Virus record (IMG/VR): IMGVR_UViG_3300046786_000055
Location: 1 to 32,115 of that record
Direction: 5' to 3' (one strand)
DNA length: 32,115 nucleotides
Origin: a virus
Lineage: Duplodnaviria > Caudoviricetes
The notes beneath the pieces are model-generated. The model was given only the letters and a program-made list of their open reading frames with translations. It was not told the origin of the DNA and searched no databases. A program made the translations under genes and the position numbers. This document shows, piece by piece, positions 1 through 8,313 of this stretch; positions within the stretch are counted from its first letter, which is position 1, and the number at the start of each line of letters is the position of its first letter.

Positions 1-365
1 ACATCAGAGGCCAATAAACCTTTGGATGTCGCAGCCTGTTGTTGTGCAGCCGCAATTGTGGCTGCTGAAGCTGTTGTGTCTTTTGCTGTACGGGATGCAA
101 GTTCTGCATCGGCAGCAGCTTTGGCAATCAATTCCGCTTGAGTCTTTGGCAGTGCAGCAGTGTATTGAGTGGCCACATCAGTAGCGCTGACGCCAGTTGC
201 ACGCGCCACATCAGCTGGACTGACACCAAGTCGGTCCATTTCAATGCGCAATTCTGCTGGCGATTTTGTTTGTAGATTTTGCGCAACATAATCAAAAATT
301 CGTTGATCAAATTGCGCTTGGGTCATGCCATTGTTTAGCGCCCAATCAAGTGCTGCTGATGCCAT
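1..365 (-). CDS. Putative internal virion (ejection) protein, 3'-truncated by the window edge
   Basis: Not in the ORF track. ATG at 365 follows a GGAGA SD. It reads MASAALDWALNNGMTQAQFDQRIFDYVAQNLQTK... open to position 1, is Ala/Gln-rich, and sits after gp10-like and GNAT-like genes where podoviruses encode ejection proteins. Confidence 0.7.
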   Translation of the reverse strand, partial: MASAALDWALNNGMTQAQFDQRIFDYVAQNLQTKSPAELRIEMDRLGVSPADVARATGVSATDVATQYTAALPKTQAELIAKAAADAELASRTAKDTTASAATIAAAQQQAATSKGLLASD

Positions 366-375
366 TGTCTTTCTC

Positions 376-744
376 CTAAAGTTCCTTTGCCAGTACAGAC
401 CATTGGGGACTGTAACCTTCGTCTTTCAAAAATGACTTTTGCCAGCCTCTTCGGCCTGCCAAAGTCACCCTGGTGCAGCCAATAGACTTGCCCCAGGATT
501 CGATTAGTGGTCTCATCCTTGAGAGTTCATCTAGGTCGCCACCAGCCAGAAAATAATGCAAATTCTTGAGCCTGGGATAGACAATGATCTCTGTCAATAC
601 CACCGAGTCTTTGGCTGGCCACAGTTGCAATTGCTGTTTCTCGACCATCTCGGCAATATCGTCAAAATTGTGTGTGCCTCCAGAGTATTCTAATGCCGCC
701 TCCACATGGTGGCGTAGTCTCTCCAAATGTTCCTGGTCGCTCAT
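376..744 (-). CDS. Small GNAT-like virion-associated protein
   Basis: 122 aa with 'LHYFLAGG...GCTRVTLAGRRGW' pattern; position downstream of the gp10-like gene is typical for the acetyltransferase-like gene of podovirus tail modules. Confidence 0.65.
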   Translation of the reverse strand: MSDQEHLERLRHHVEAALEYSGGTHNFDDIAEMVEKQQLQLWPAKDSVVLTEIIVYPRLKNLHYFLAGGDLDELSRMRPLIESWGKSIGCTRVTLAGRRGWQKSFLKDEGYSPQWSVLAKEL

Positions 745-2219
745 CTCTTTCCTGATGGTTTAGCATCAAGTCGCATCACGCCAACACGCCAGTCAGCCAA
801 TGTATTGCCTGTCACTTTGATATTGACCTGGCGAGCCGTAAAACGCACATCAGTTGGGTTTGCTGCCGTATATGGGCCGTAAGTGGATTGCGTGCCTGTC
901 GGATAGTTTCTGGCCTTAAATGACACCACCACCTCGCCTAATGTTTGCTCATCTGGAACAACTTCAGTCACTGACATCACATTGTCGCCATTGCCTAACT
1001 GGATTGGTCCAGACTCAGCATAGACGCTGGCAGAGCCGTAGTCAAAGCCCACCTCATGCTCGTAAATGTAGCCAGTGCTTGACACCATCAAAGGATAAGT
1101 AAACACGCCAGCATCAACACCAGCCAAACGGGCCATCGTGCCAATATTCCAGTGACTTTCACGATAGTTGAAAGTCACATAAGAGTCGTTCTCATTGCTT
1201 CCACTGCTTGGATAGAACCACCAGATTTCGCCAAACTTACTGACATGGACCGCATAAATCTTGGATGCCTGGGCATAGTTGATGTTGTCAAATATGTAAT
1301 CTGACACATCACTTGGCAGTGGCTTGACATAGCCGTCATAAATCCAAAAGCCTGCGCGTGACATCCAAATGGCTGCCGTATCAATGGCCGCTACAGCCTG
1401 GGCTGAAATGAGACCGCATCCAGAGCCAGCCTTCTCAAAGCCATACACAAATGGAGCGCCAACATACTGGGCCGTGTGGACATCCACATCGGTAAACAAT
1501 AGATTCACACCCTTGACGCGCTTGCCAGCAATCAGTGAGCCTGGTGTGGCCAGGTCATAGTCGCCTGCCAGGTTGTCGCCTGCTGGTGTCCATTGGGTGT
1601 TGTTCTCCTGGTCGCACCACTGCACTTTGCGTGGGTTGCCACCAGCGCCAAGGGCAAAAATGATTCGCTCTTGAGTGACCAAAACTGCCTTGTTGCCAGT
1701 TGGTGCATTGGTAATTGGTGCGGCCAGTGTGGGTGATGAAAAGCCCAATTGCCACTCATAGAGCTTGCCATCAGTGCTTGAGCATGCGACCAAATATTCG
1801 CCCCATGTATCGAGTGACCAGGTGGTGGCTGCAATAGGTGTTCCGGTGTCTGGCCTGGCCACGCCATAGGCATAAGTGCCATAGGTGCTGTAACCATAGC
1901 CAGTCAATACTGTGGAGCTTGCATAACCACTGGTGAAGCCTGATGGTGTGATGTCTTTGAGTGTTCCAGCCTCATTCATCACATAAAGTTTGGAATGTGT
2001 ACCAGCGGCAATCCATCGGTTGGCACTGTTATCGCGCCAGGTGATGATGCCACGGCATGAGCCAGTCATCTGTGAGCTTGACCTAGTACGCCATCCATTG
2101 ATGGGTCTCAGCGTCCCCTCATACCAGCGCACTAGGTTTGCGTCATACCAGCGGCCTGCTGCCTGGTATTCAGTACCATTTCGGAAAACGCCTGGAGGTA
2201 ATTTGAGTGGTATGTACAT
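741..2219 (-). CDS. P22 gp10-like packaged-DNA stabilisation / tail hub protein
   Basis: 492 aa, Trp/Gly-rich beta-propeller-like sequence; size and synteny match the podovirus head-closure/nozzle protein. Confidence 0.7.
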   Translation of the reverse strand: MYIPLKLPPGVFRNGTEYQAAGRWYDANLVRWYEGTLRPINGWRTRSSSQMTGSCRGIITWRDNSANRWIAAGTHSKLYVMNEAGTLKDITPSGFTSGYASSTVLTGYGYSTYGTYAYGVARPDTGTPIAATTWSLDTWGEYLVACSSTDGKLYEWQLGFSSPTLAAPITNAPTGNKAVLVTQERIIFALGAGGNPRKVQWCDQENNTQWTPAGDNLAGDYDLATPGSLIAGKRVKGVNLLFTDVDVHTAQYVGAPFVYGFEKAGSGCGLISAQAVAAIDTAAIWMSRAGFWIYDGYVKPLPSDVSDYIFDNINYAQASKIYAVHVSKFGEIWWFYPSSGSNENDSYVTFNYRESHWNIGTMARLAGVDAGVFTYPLMVSSTGYIYEHEVGFDYGSASVYAESGPIQLGNGDNVMSVTEVVPDEQTLGEVVVSFKARNYPTGTQSTYGPYTAANPTDVRFTARQVNIKVTGNTLADWRVGVMRLDAKPSGKR

Positions 2220-2227
2220 GGTGACAA

Positions 2228-2869
2228 TTATGTAATGTTTGACACAAAGCTCATTGTCGCAATTAGCGAGGCCGTTGAGGGGTAATTACCAGATGCTGGA
2301 TAAGCCTGAATGCTGATTGCAGTGTTGTCAGTCTCCCACCAAAGCTCCACATAATCAGTTGCGTTTAAGCTCACAAAATAATTCCAGCCAACCAATGCAT
2401 GGCCATTGATGCCGCCATGGCTGTTTGGCACTGAAATAAATCCAGTCGATCCAGTCACCACAGTGCCATTGATCTTGAGCCAGACCCTCACATCATGCAA
2501 TTGGTTGTCAGTATTTTGAAACTGGCCAGACCATTGCAGATTCCAAATGCCAGCGTCAGCCACTGTAATTCTTGAATTGCTGGCCACACTTACGCCATTG
2601 GCGTAGTCGGTCGTATTCAGTGTCATGGCATAAGCCGTGTTGGCCGCTGCTGCTGTCTGGTCCACAGTGCTTTGGAAAGCACCATAAGGGGCATTCATAA
2701 ACCTCCCACCCCGTGGACCAATCAAAGACCCCAGGACACTTGAAATCTTTCTAAAGTATGTATTTAAAGCGCCATTGTTTTCATTGAAATGCCTGCGCTC
2801 ATACACCTCGGTAGGATAACCAAGGGATGGAATCGATGGATTTTCAAGCTGTTGTGTTTGGCTGGCCAT
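2228..2869 (-). CDS. Tail protein with C-terminal C1q/TNF/BclA-like jelly-roll (possible tail needle/knob)
   Basis: C-terminal 'SRITVADAGIWNLQWSGQF...VWLKINGTVV...VSLNATDYVELW' pattern; adjacent to the gp10-like gene. Confidence 0.5.
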   Translation of the reverse strand: MASQTQQLENPSIPSLGYPTEVYERRHFNENNGALNTYFRKISSVLGSLIGPRGGRFMNAPYGAFQSTVDQTAAAANTAYAMTLNTTDYANGVSVASNSRITVADAGIWNLQWSGQFQNTDNQLHDVRVWLKINGTVVTGSTGFISVPNSHGGINGHALVGWNYFVSLNATDYVELWWETDNTAISIQAYPASGNYPSTASLIATMSFVSNIT

Positions 2870-2876
2870 GGGGTAA

Positions 2877-3470
2877 TTATGTCAGGACAGACAGCGCATG
2901 GTTGATGTGTTTGATCCGATCCTCCAGGCCAATAAACCCACCATTGATCTTTTTAGTCATGGTTTTGTAGTCCTGGCTGTCTGCATATTGGTTTAGTTTG
3001 TGCGTATCCCAGAACCATCCGGCAGTCAAAGCAGCGTATTGTGGCGTGGCCACCAGCTCTGGCTGCATAATCAGGTCCACGCCCAGCGCCTGGCCAGCGT
3101 GGTGGTAGTTCGCAGACCCTGTGAGCTGAATGCAGCCACGGCCTCTGAATCGGTATCCATCGCCACTGGCCTCATCCCTGTTGCCCATTCTGTTGCTGTA
3201 AACAGTGTTGGCGATGAGCTTAGGATTCCTGGCACACGCCTGGGCCTTGGCAGCATCAAAGCGCTTTGGCCAGAGCTTTTGCAGTGCTTCAGCCCGGTAA
3301 TTTAGATTCTCCTCAAGAATCTTAAACTGGCCACACTCATGGCCACACTGGCCAATAAAGGCAGCCTGACGCAATGGCGTTGAAATGTCGAATCTTTCAA
3401 ATGTGGCATTCAGCGCATCGACCCATTCTGGCCCAATGTGCAGCTTTGCCAATTGCTCACTATTGACCAT
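2877..3470 (-). CDS. Endolysin, glycoside hydrolase family 19
   Basis: Motifs 'AAFIGQCGHE', 'EENLNY', 'GDGYRFRGRGCIQLTG', 'AGWFW', 'TKKINGG..GLEDR'. Confidence 0.95.
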   Translation of the reverse strand: MVNSEQLAKLHIGPEWVDALNATFERFDISTPLRQAAFIGQCGHECGQFKILEENLNYRAEALQKLWPKRFDAAKAQACARNPKLIANTVYSNRMGNRDEASGDGYRFRGRGCIQLTGSANYHHAGQALGVDLIMQPELVATPQYAALTAGWFWDTHKLNQYADSQDYKTMTKKINGGFIGLEDRIKHINHALSVLT

Positions 3471-3927
3471 TGACTAGACTCCTCACTTCGTTATATGCGC
3501 TGACGCAGGCGTTGAGCTTTGTGATGGCTTTGTCCCCGTCTGCTGCGATGTCGATAAGAGCTGTAATAAGCGCTCGCTCAGATTCGCTTGCATCGGTGTT
3601 GCTATTTCCTGGGGCAGTGGTGGCATTTGTGCTGGCTTGTGGACAACTTGGGGCTGGGAGCCGCAGCTTGCCAGTCCTAGCAAGCTCATGCATAGCAGAC
3701 TGCTTTTTAACAATTTCATCTTGAGCCTTTCTGAGTTTTGTTTCATTGTCAGCCAGTTTAGAAGTCATATTTTTTTCTAATTCTCTGGCCTCTTCATTCT
3801 TTTTGGCAATGGCAATCTGCATTTCTTTGTCTCTATCAGACCAGCCAAAGTGATATCCGCCTCGGTATGAACCAAACAAAGCAATGCACACTGCTAGGGC
3901 AATGTATGGAATTGGAATGCCAAACAT
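3460..3927 (-). CDS. Rz: Inner-membrane spanin (Rz-like)
   Basis: N-terminal TM, coiled coil, 'KLRLPAPSC', C-terminal 'LNAC..AY'; adjacent to the endolysin. Confidence 0.85.
   Translation of the reverse strand: MFGIPIPYIALAVCIALFGSYRGGYHFGWSDRDKEMQIAIAKKNEEARELEKNMTSKLADNETKLRKAQDEIVKKQSAMHELARTGKLRLPAPSCPQASTNATTAPGNSNTDASESERALITALIDIAADGDKAITKLNACVSAYNEVRSLVNGQ
3483..3719 (-). CDS. Rz1: Outer-membrane spanin lipoprotein (Rz1-like), embedded in an alternative frame of Rz
   Basis: From the second Met of ORF 3483..3746: MKLLKSSLLCMSLLGLASC lipobox followed by Pro-rich 'PAQMPPLP'; lies fully inside Rz. Confidence 0.85.
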   Translation of the reverse strand: MKLLKSSLLCMSLLGLASCGSQPQVVHKPAQMPPLPQEIATPMQANLSERLLQLLSTSQQTGTKPSQSSTPASAHITK

Positions 3928-4463
3928 TACTCAGCCTCCTGTCTTGCAGTAGCCAGCTGCTCACGCTCATGGTCATCCTCAAGATGGTCTGGTGGCGTTG
4001 TTGGTGGTGGGCCAGGTGTCCAAGATTCATCAAGCTCTGGATTGGTCCAGGTTGGCATCGCTCCAAATGGCTGGCCTGGGATGCCATTAGTGCTTGAAGT
4101 GAATCCATGGTTATTGCTGTATCCATGCATTGGCTGGCCATAACCCATCATTGGCTGACACATTGGTTGCTGCATCATGGGTTGTGGTGGCTGTGGACTA
4201 AAAGCCTTCGCGCCAGCAGCCACAGCTCTTTTGCTCATCACTCCACCAATGCCGCCAACAATCAGCAAAACAATGTCGTTTAGCATCTTTGTATAAGCCT
4301 GGTCAATTGGGGCCATTGATTTGATCGGCTGAGTGACAAAGGTGACTGAATATAAAAGCGCCACCACAATGAAGCAAAGGATCAATGTGACTGCCACCAC
4401 CACAAAGCCCCAGATTCTGACCTCGATCTCGTCAGGGGTTAGATTTTGCTTCTGGCTGGACAT
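3927..4463 (-). CDS. Two-TM membrane protein, holin candidate
   Basis: Two hydrophobic helices followed by a Gln/Pro/Met-rich tail; directly upstream of the spanins and endolysin. Confidence 0.55.
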   Translation of the reverse strand: MSSQKQNLTPDEIEVRIWGFVVVAVTLILCFIVVALLYSVTFVTQPIKSMAPIDQAYTKMLNDIVLLIVGGIGGVMSKRAVAAGAKAFSPQPPQPMMQQPMCQPMMGYGQPMHGYSNNHGFTSSTNGIPGQPFGAMPTWTNPELDESWTPGPPPTTPPDHLEDDHEREQLATARQEAE

Positions 4464-4641
4464 CGTTCACCTTCTTTTCAAGTATTGGTGCGACCAGGTA
4501 TTCTGGACACTGTTGCGTGAATAAGCACTTAGGCTTCTGGCACTCTTCAGCATGGAAATGGTCAGGGTTTTGGCATTTATACCGATATCGGTCTTCGCAG
4601 CCAGTGAGCATGACCAGGACCATTGCAATTAAGTATTTCAT
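4432..4641 (-). CDS. Small Cys-rich lipoprotein
   Basis: Signal peptide with LTGC lipobox and four further Cys; ATGA-coupled to the upstream ORF. Confidence 0.8.
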   Translation of the reverse strand: MKYLIAMVLVMLTGCEDRYRYKCQNPDHFHAEECQKPKCLFTQQCPEYLVAPILEKKVNDVQPEAKSNP

Positions 4642-4814
4642 GCGTATACATTCACAGAATTAGGTTTTGCCCATTGTGCCTTCAGCTGCTGGTCTCTGAT
4701 CTGCTTTTGATTCTGGCGATTCAATTGCTCAAGCTCTTTCAGATTCTGCTGCCTGATAACTCTTTGAGCTTCCTTGAGCATTTGACCATTGGCCTGATAA
4801 GCAGATATTTTCAT
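4638..4814 (-). CDS. Hypothetical 58-aa Gln-rich coiled-coil protein
   Basis: Not in the track. MKISAYQANGQMLKEAQRVIRQQNLKELEQLNRQ...VNVYA*; ATGA overlaps at both ends. Confidence 0.75.
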   Translation of the reverse strand: MKISAYQANGQMLKEAQRVIRQQNLKELEQLNRQNQKQIRDQQLKAQWAKPNSVNVYA

Positions 4815-4966
4815 TTTCCAAGTCCAATCTTACCAAGCAAAAGATTAACGATTTTGTCTGACAAGTCGTTTGGTAGGTACTTCAGAAAACCTAAAAAATA
4901 AAGCGCAATAAGACCATAAACAACAATCCTGAGTGCTAAATCAAATGTTTTCTGATATTCATTCAT
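4811..4966 (-). CDS. Small single-TM membrane protein
   Basis: Start moved to MNEYQ (ATGA overlap with the upstream stop); one hydrophobic helix. Confidence 0.75.
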   Translation of the reverse strand: MNEYQKTFDLALRIVVYGLIALYFLGFLKYLPNDLSDKIVNLLLGKIGLGK

Positions 4967-5463
4967 CGCCCACCACACCTTCTGGTCGTTGCACAAAAAT
5001 CCATCATTTCATTGACACCGACAAAAACCAAGAATAAAACAAAGAATGTGCCGCCAATGATCATGGCCCATTCTTGCATCTCTTGCTCTTTGGCTTTGGC
5101 CTCTTTCTCGGCCTTTTTCAATGCATTTAATTCTTTGGCATCTTCCAGGTCCATCTCTGCCTGGCGTGCTTTGATCTTGTTCCAGACATCAATCTTGCCA
5201 GTCTGCATGAAGAGCATTTTCAGCTCTTCCTCAAAAGCTCTGGCCTGCTCCAGGGCCATCTCAATTTGCAAGGCTGCTCCCATATTGGAGCCTTTTTTCT
5301 CGCGCTTGGCCTGGAGCATGGCCTTGGTGGCCTGGCTTTTGGCATCAAACATTTTGCCAATCATGGGGGCCAGACCGCCCAAATCATTGGCGACCTTGCT
5401 GGCCTTTTTGACCATGCTGATGGCGCTTTGCAGGCCGTTTAGGGCCGTGATTGGATCAATCAT
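4963..5463 (-). CDS. Hypothetical coiled-coil membrane protein
   Basis: MIDPITA... start by ATGA overlap; long helical region and C-terminal TM. Confidence 0.8.
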   Translation of the reverse strand: MIDPITALNGLQSAISMVKKASKVANDLGGLAPMIGKMFDAKSQATKAMLQAKREKKGSNMGAALQIEMALEQARAFEEELKMLFMQTGKIDVWNKIKARQAEMDLEDAKELNALKKAEKEAKAKEQEMQEWAMIIGGTFFVLFLVFVGVNEMMDFCATTRRCGGR

Positions 5464-5576
5464 TTCCTTTTCTCCCACTTGATGCAGACAACCTTCCGAT
5501 TGTAGACATCACCCGACCAAATCCACCTGGTGCATCTATATTCGGCAGCTGCTAGTAGGACCAGAGCATAGATCAT
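5460..5576 (-). CDS. Small secreted-like peptide (38 aa, two Cys)
   Basis: MIYALVLLAAAEYRCTRWIWSGDVYNRKVVCIKWEKRK; ATGA overlaps at both ends. Confidence 0.65.
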   Translation of the reverse strand: MIYALVLLAAAEYRCTRWIWSGDVYNRKVVCIKWEKRK

Positions 5577-5665
5577 GGCCAAAACAAAATGATGACAAAA
5601 AAGCACCAAATGATGGTGGCAGTCAAAAGAGCCGCAGCGATAAGTGCCACGGCCCAGTCTTTCAT
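5573..5665 (-). CDS. 30-aa single-TM micropeptide
   Basis: Not in the track. MKDWAVALIAAALLTATIIWCFFVIILFWP*; ATGA overlaps at both ends. Confidence 0.65.
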   Translation of the reverse strand: MKDWAVALIAAALLTATIIWCFFVIILFWP

Positions 5666-5865
5666 AATCCGAATATTTTCTTAACGAATTCGGCAGCCAC
5701 ACCTGGGCCAAGTAAAACGGCCAAAATTGCGGCATAAAGCAAATATTCAATTTTGGTCATGCGTCTGTCACCCTCTTTGAGAGTGTTGGCGATACTGTTA
5801 TATCGCTCTGCACAAATGGCTTCATGCACCGCCAGGCGCTTGTCTACATCAGCGTCCATGGTCAT
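5662..5865 (-). CDS. Small coiled-coil protein with C-terminal TM (XhlA-like architecture)
   Basis: 'HEAICAERY' motif followed by a TM; first gene of the membrane/lysis cluster. Confidence 0.75.
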   Translation of the reverse strand: MTMDADVDKRLAVHEAICAERYNSIANTLKEGDRRMTKIEYLLYAAILAVLLGPGVAAEFVKKIFGL

Positions 5866-5867
5866 TC

Positions 5868-6326
5868 TCAGACAGTAGACTCAACCCAGTCAGGGTTATT
5901 TGGCCAAGTAACATTTCCCCTGGCATCAGAAACAGTCGCAGGAAAATCACGCAAAGTCTGACGATATGTTGCCCACTCAGACTTCTTAGGAATGCTGCAA
6001 TCAGGAATCTGAGTCCAGTCGCAAGCTGTCAACAATGTATTGCGAGTAGCTCTTAGTTTTACCATTGCAGAATCTTTAGCTGCTTGAATTTCTTCAGCAC
6101 TCAGGCTTTCCACTTGGACAACAGAAACAAATTCACCATCATCATAAGGTGAGCATGAAATCAGCTTCTGGGTGAGTCTGTCATGCGCTTTGAAAGCGTT
6201 AACTTTCTTGGCATTGTTGGCAGTCAAGAATTCATCGCTTGGGCCACTTGGTGGAAATGATGTGTTGGCAAACAGTTCACGATAATCGCCAATTGTGATT
6301 GGGCTTGTCAATATTGCAATTTGCAT
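5868..6326 (-). CDS. Tail fibre assembly chaperone
   Basis: C-terminal 'LRATRNTLLTACDWTQIPD...WATYRQTLRDFP...WP' signature. Confidence 0.85.
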   Translation of the reverse strand: MQIAILTSPITIGDYRELFANTSFPPSGPSDEFLTANNAKKVNAFKAHDRLTQKLISCSPYDDGEFVSVVQVESLSAEEIQAAKDSAMVKLRATRNTLLTACDWTQIPDCSIPKKSEWATYRQTLRDFPATVSDARGNVTWPNNPDWVESTV

Positions 6327-6335
6327 GATATTTCC

Positions 6336-8303
6336 TTAGATTGGGCCTTTGTCAGAGAAAACAGCTGTTGGTGCTGTGAAGTTTGATGTGTACCTGGCAT
6401 AGCCTTTGGTGATGCGTAGGTCATCTATGTAACCGTTTGTTGGTGTTATGTAATCATTAGTATTGCCGATAACGGTATTCAACGCTGAGTATTGAAATGT
6501 TGCAGAACTTGTTTGAGTCGTGCCTTGCTGAATGCCATCAATGAAGAAGTAAAAATTATTTCCGCTTCTGCAAACTGCAACATGATACCAAGTGCCAGTA
6601 GTGGGCGTCCAAGTGTTAGACATATCAATAACAATTGACGCGGCGGGTCCACCTGCAAAACGCCATTTTTGAACGGTGTAGTTGTAGACATAAATCCAAT
6701 CTCCGTCTCCAGACGCACCCGACAATCGTGATGCAACAACGCAATAAGAAGAAGTGTTATTGAAATTTACCCACGCCTCAATGGTGAAATCTGCATTCCC
6801 AAAATTTGCCCAGACATTGTTTGCCGCAGAAATACCACCCGAACTACTACCGTCAAATGCCAAAGACCCCGTGCCGTACTTTTTAACGCTGGTGCTGATC
6901 TGTGCTGTTCCCACAGTTTCTAAGTCGTTCATCATGGCGTTGTCAAAGATTGCACCATTGGTGTAATTGCACAAAAATGAAGTGTTTGTAATGGCAGTAA
7001 GAGGTGCTGTTGGTATTGTGTAAGTTGTCCCCGTATATAGCGCAGTGCCATACAAGAATCTCATGTCAGACACATAGCCTTGAAAATTTTCAGCTGCCCC
7101 ATCGCCAGCGCAAAGGTAAAGTGTGCCAGTTGGCGACACCCATGTTGATTTGGATGCAGACGCGACCCGTACACCGTTCAGCATCAAATACGCTGAACTA
7201 CCGCTTCGCACCATTGCGACATGGTTCCATTGGTTAACTGTTACTGCTGTGTTTGATGTCATTAAAACACCCACACCAGACACATCAACATAGGGGTAGC
7301 CTGTACTGCCTTCAATTCCAAGTTTTGCGTAATTTGTACGCGCATTTGCAAGAAGAAACTTTGTTGAAGCTATTTGACTCGGATAAACCCAGCACTCAAA
7401 TGTAAAGTCAGAACCTTGGTTAAAACCAGAATTAGTTGCGGTTAAATAGTCACCGCTACCATCAAAGTATCCTGACCCACCAATCACACTTGTGGAGTAG
7501 GCAGTAGAAGTGCCAAATGGGTTGAAGCGTTGAACGCTTGGTGAGCCTGCGACAGTCAATGCAAATGCATTTGTGCTATTGTCAATAAAACGATTTGACT
7601 GGAATGTAAGTAATTGAGTTCCAGAGATTGCTGTTAACTGCGTGGTGCTTGGTGTAAAGTTGCTGCTATACACGACTGTATTTGTAATACGAGCATTTGA
7701 TACAAACCCAAGAACATTGTAAGTAGTTGCACCTGACCCTCCATAGCCGAGGAGTGAATCGACTGTTACAGAGCTGCTATCAGAAATACTGATCCCGACA
7801 TCAACTCCATTTAAGTACAGTTTTATTACACCGCTTGATCGAACCGCTGCAACATGATTCCAAGTGTTGTATGTGAAGACGCCAGTGGAGGTCACTCCAC
7901 TGCCACTTGATCTATACCACCCAAATCGACCATCTGGATAAAAATATATCATCTGAACATTGCCAGATGAATAACTAAATAAAATAGATTGAGTGCTTGG
8001 GTGAGGGGTTGCAAACACCCATGCTTCCATTGTGAAATCGCTTGCTAATGTTGTGCCTGAAAACTGAAATCCATTTCCATTGGCTGTTCCATTATTTATT
8101 GACCAATTAGACACATAAGGTGAAAAAGAACCTTGGGTTGTATTTCCAACACGGGTAATTGTGTAGTTGTTTGTGCTGCTGTCTAAGAATGTATTGTTTT
8201 GTGCGCCATTAGTCCCATTACCATGCAACAGCATGGTGACATAGTTAAATTTATCGTCTGGCGTTCCACCAGAGACTGTTGCTGTTTTACCTGATGCAAA
8301 CAT
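6336..8303 (-). CDS. Tail/receptor-binding protein with three LamG (concanavalin A-like) domains
   Basis: Three repeats of 'DFT.E.WV ... W.HVA..RS ... G.(V/I)..(L/M/A)R'; followed by a fibre chaperone gene. Confidence 0.85.
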   Translation of the reverse strand: MFASGKTATVSGGTPDDKFNYVTMLLHGNGTNGAQNNTFLDSSTNNYTITRVGNTTQGSFSPYVSNWSINNGTANGNGFQFSGTTLASDFTMEAWVFATPHPSTQSILFSYSSGNVQMIYFYPDGRFGWYRSSGSGVTSTGVFTYNTWNHVAAVRSSGVIKLYLNGVDVGISISDSSSVTVDSLLGYGGSGATTYNVLGFVSNARITNTVVYSSNFTPSTTQLTAISGTQLLTFQSNRFIDNSTNAFALTVAGSPSVQRFNPFGTSTAYSTSVIGGSGYFDGSGDYLTATNSGFNQGSDFTFECWVYPSQIASTKFLLANARTNYAKLGIEGSTGYPYVDVSGVGVLMTSNTAVTVNQWNHVAMVRSGSSAYLMLNGVRVASASKSTWVSPTGTLYLCAGDGAAENFQGYVSDMRFLYGTALYTGTTYTIPTAPLTAITNTSFLCNYTNGAIFDNAMMNDLETVGTAQISTSVKKYGTGSLAFDGSSSGGISAANNVWANFGNADFTIEAWVNFNNTSSYCVVASRLSGASGDGDWIYVYNYTVQKWRFAGGPAASIVIDMSNTWTPTTGTWYHVAVCRSGNNFYFFIDGIQQGTTQTSSATFQYSALNTVIGNTNDYITPTNGYIDDLRITKGYARYTSNFTAPTAVFSDKGPI

Positions 8304-8313
8304 TTATCAGTCC

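Noticed and set aside
3836-4141. Alternative-frame 101-aa ORF in the holin-like gene
   Set aside because: No lipobox, TM or SD; likely a by-product of the low-complexity tail.
6336-8303. Diversity-generating retroelement target
   Set aside because: No reverse transcriptase and no near-identical template/variable repeat pair seen.
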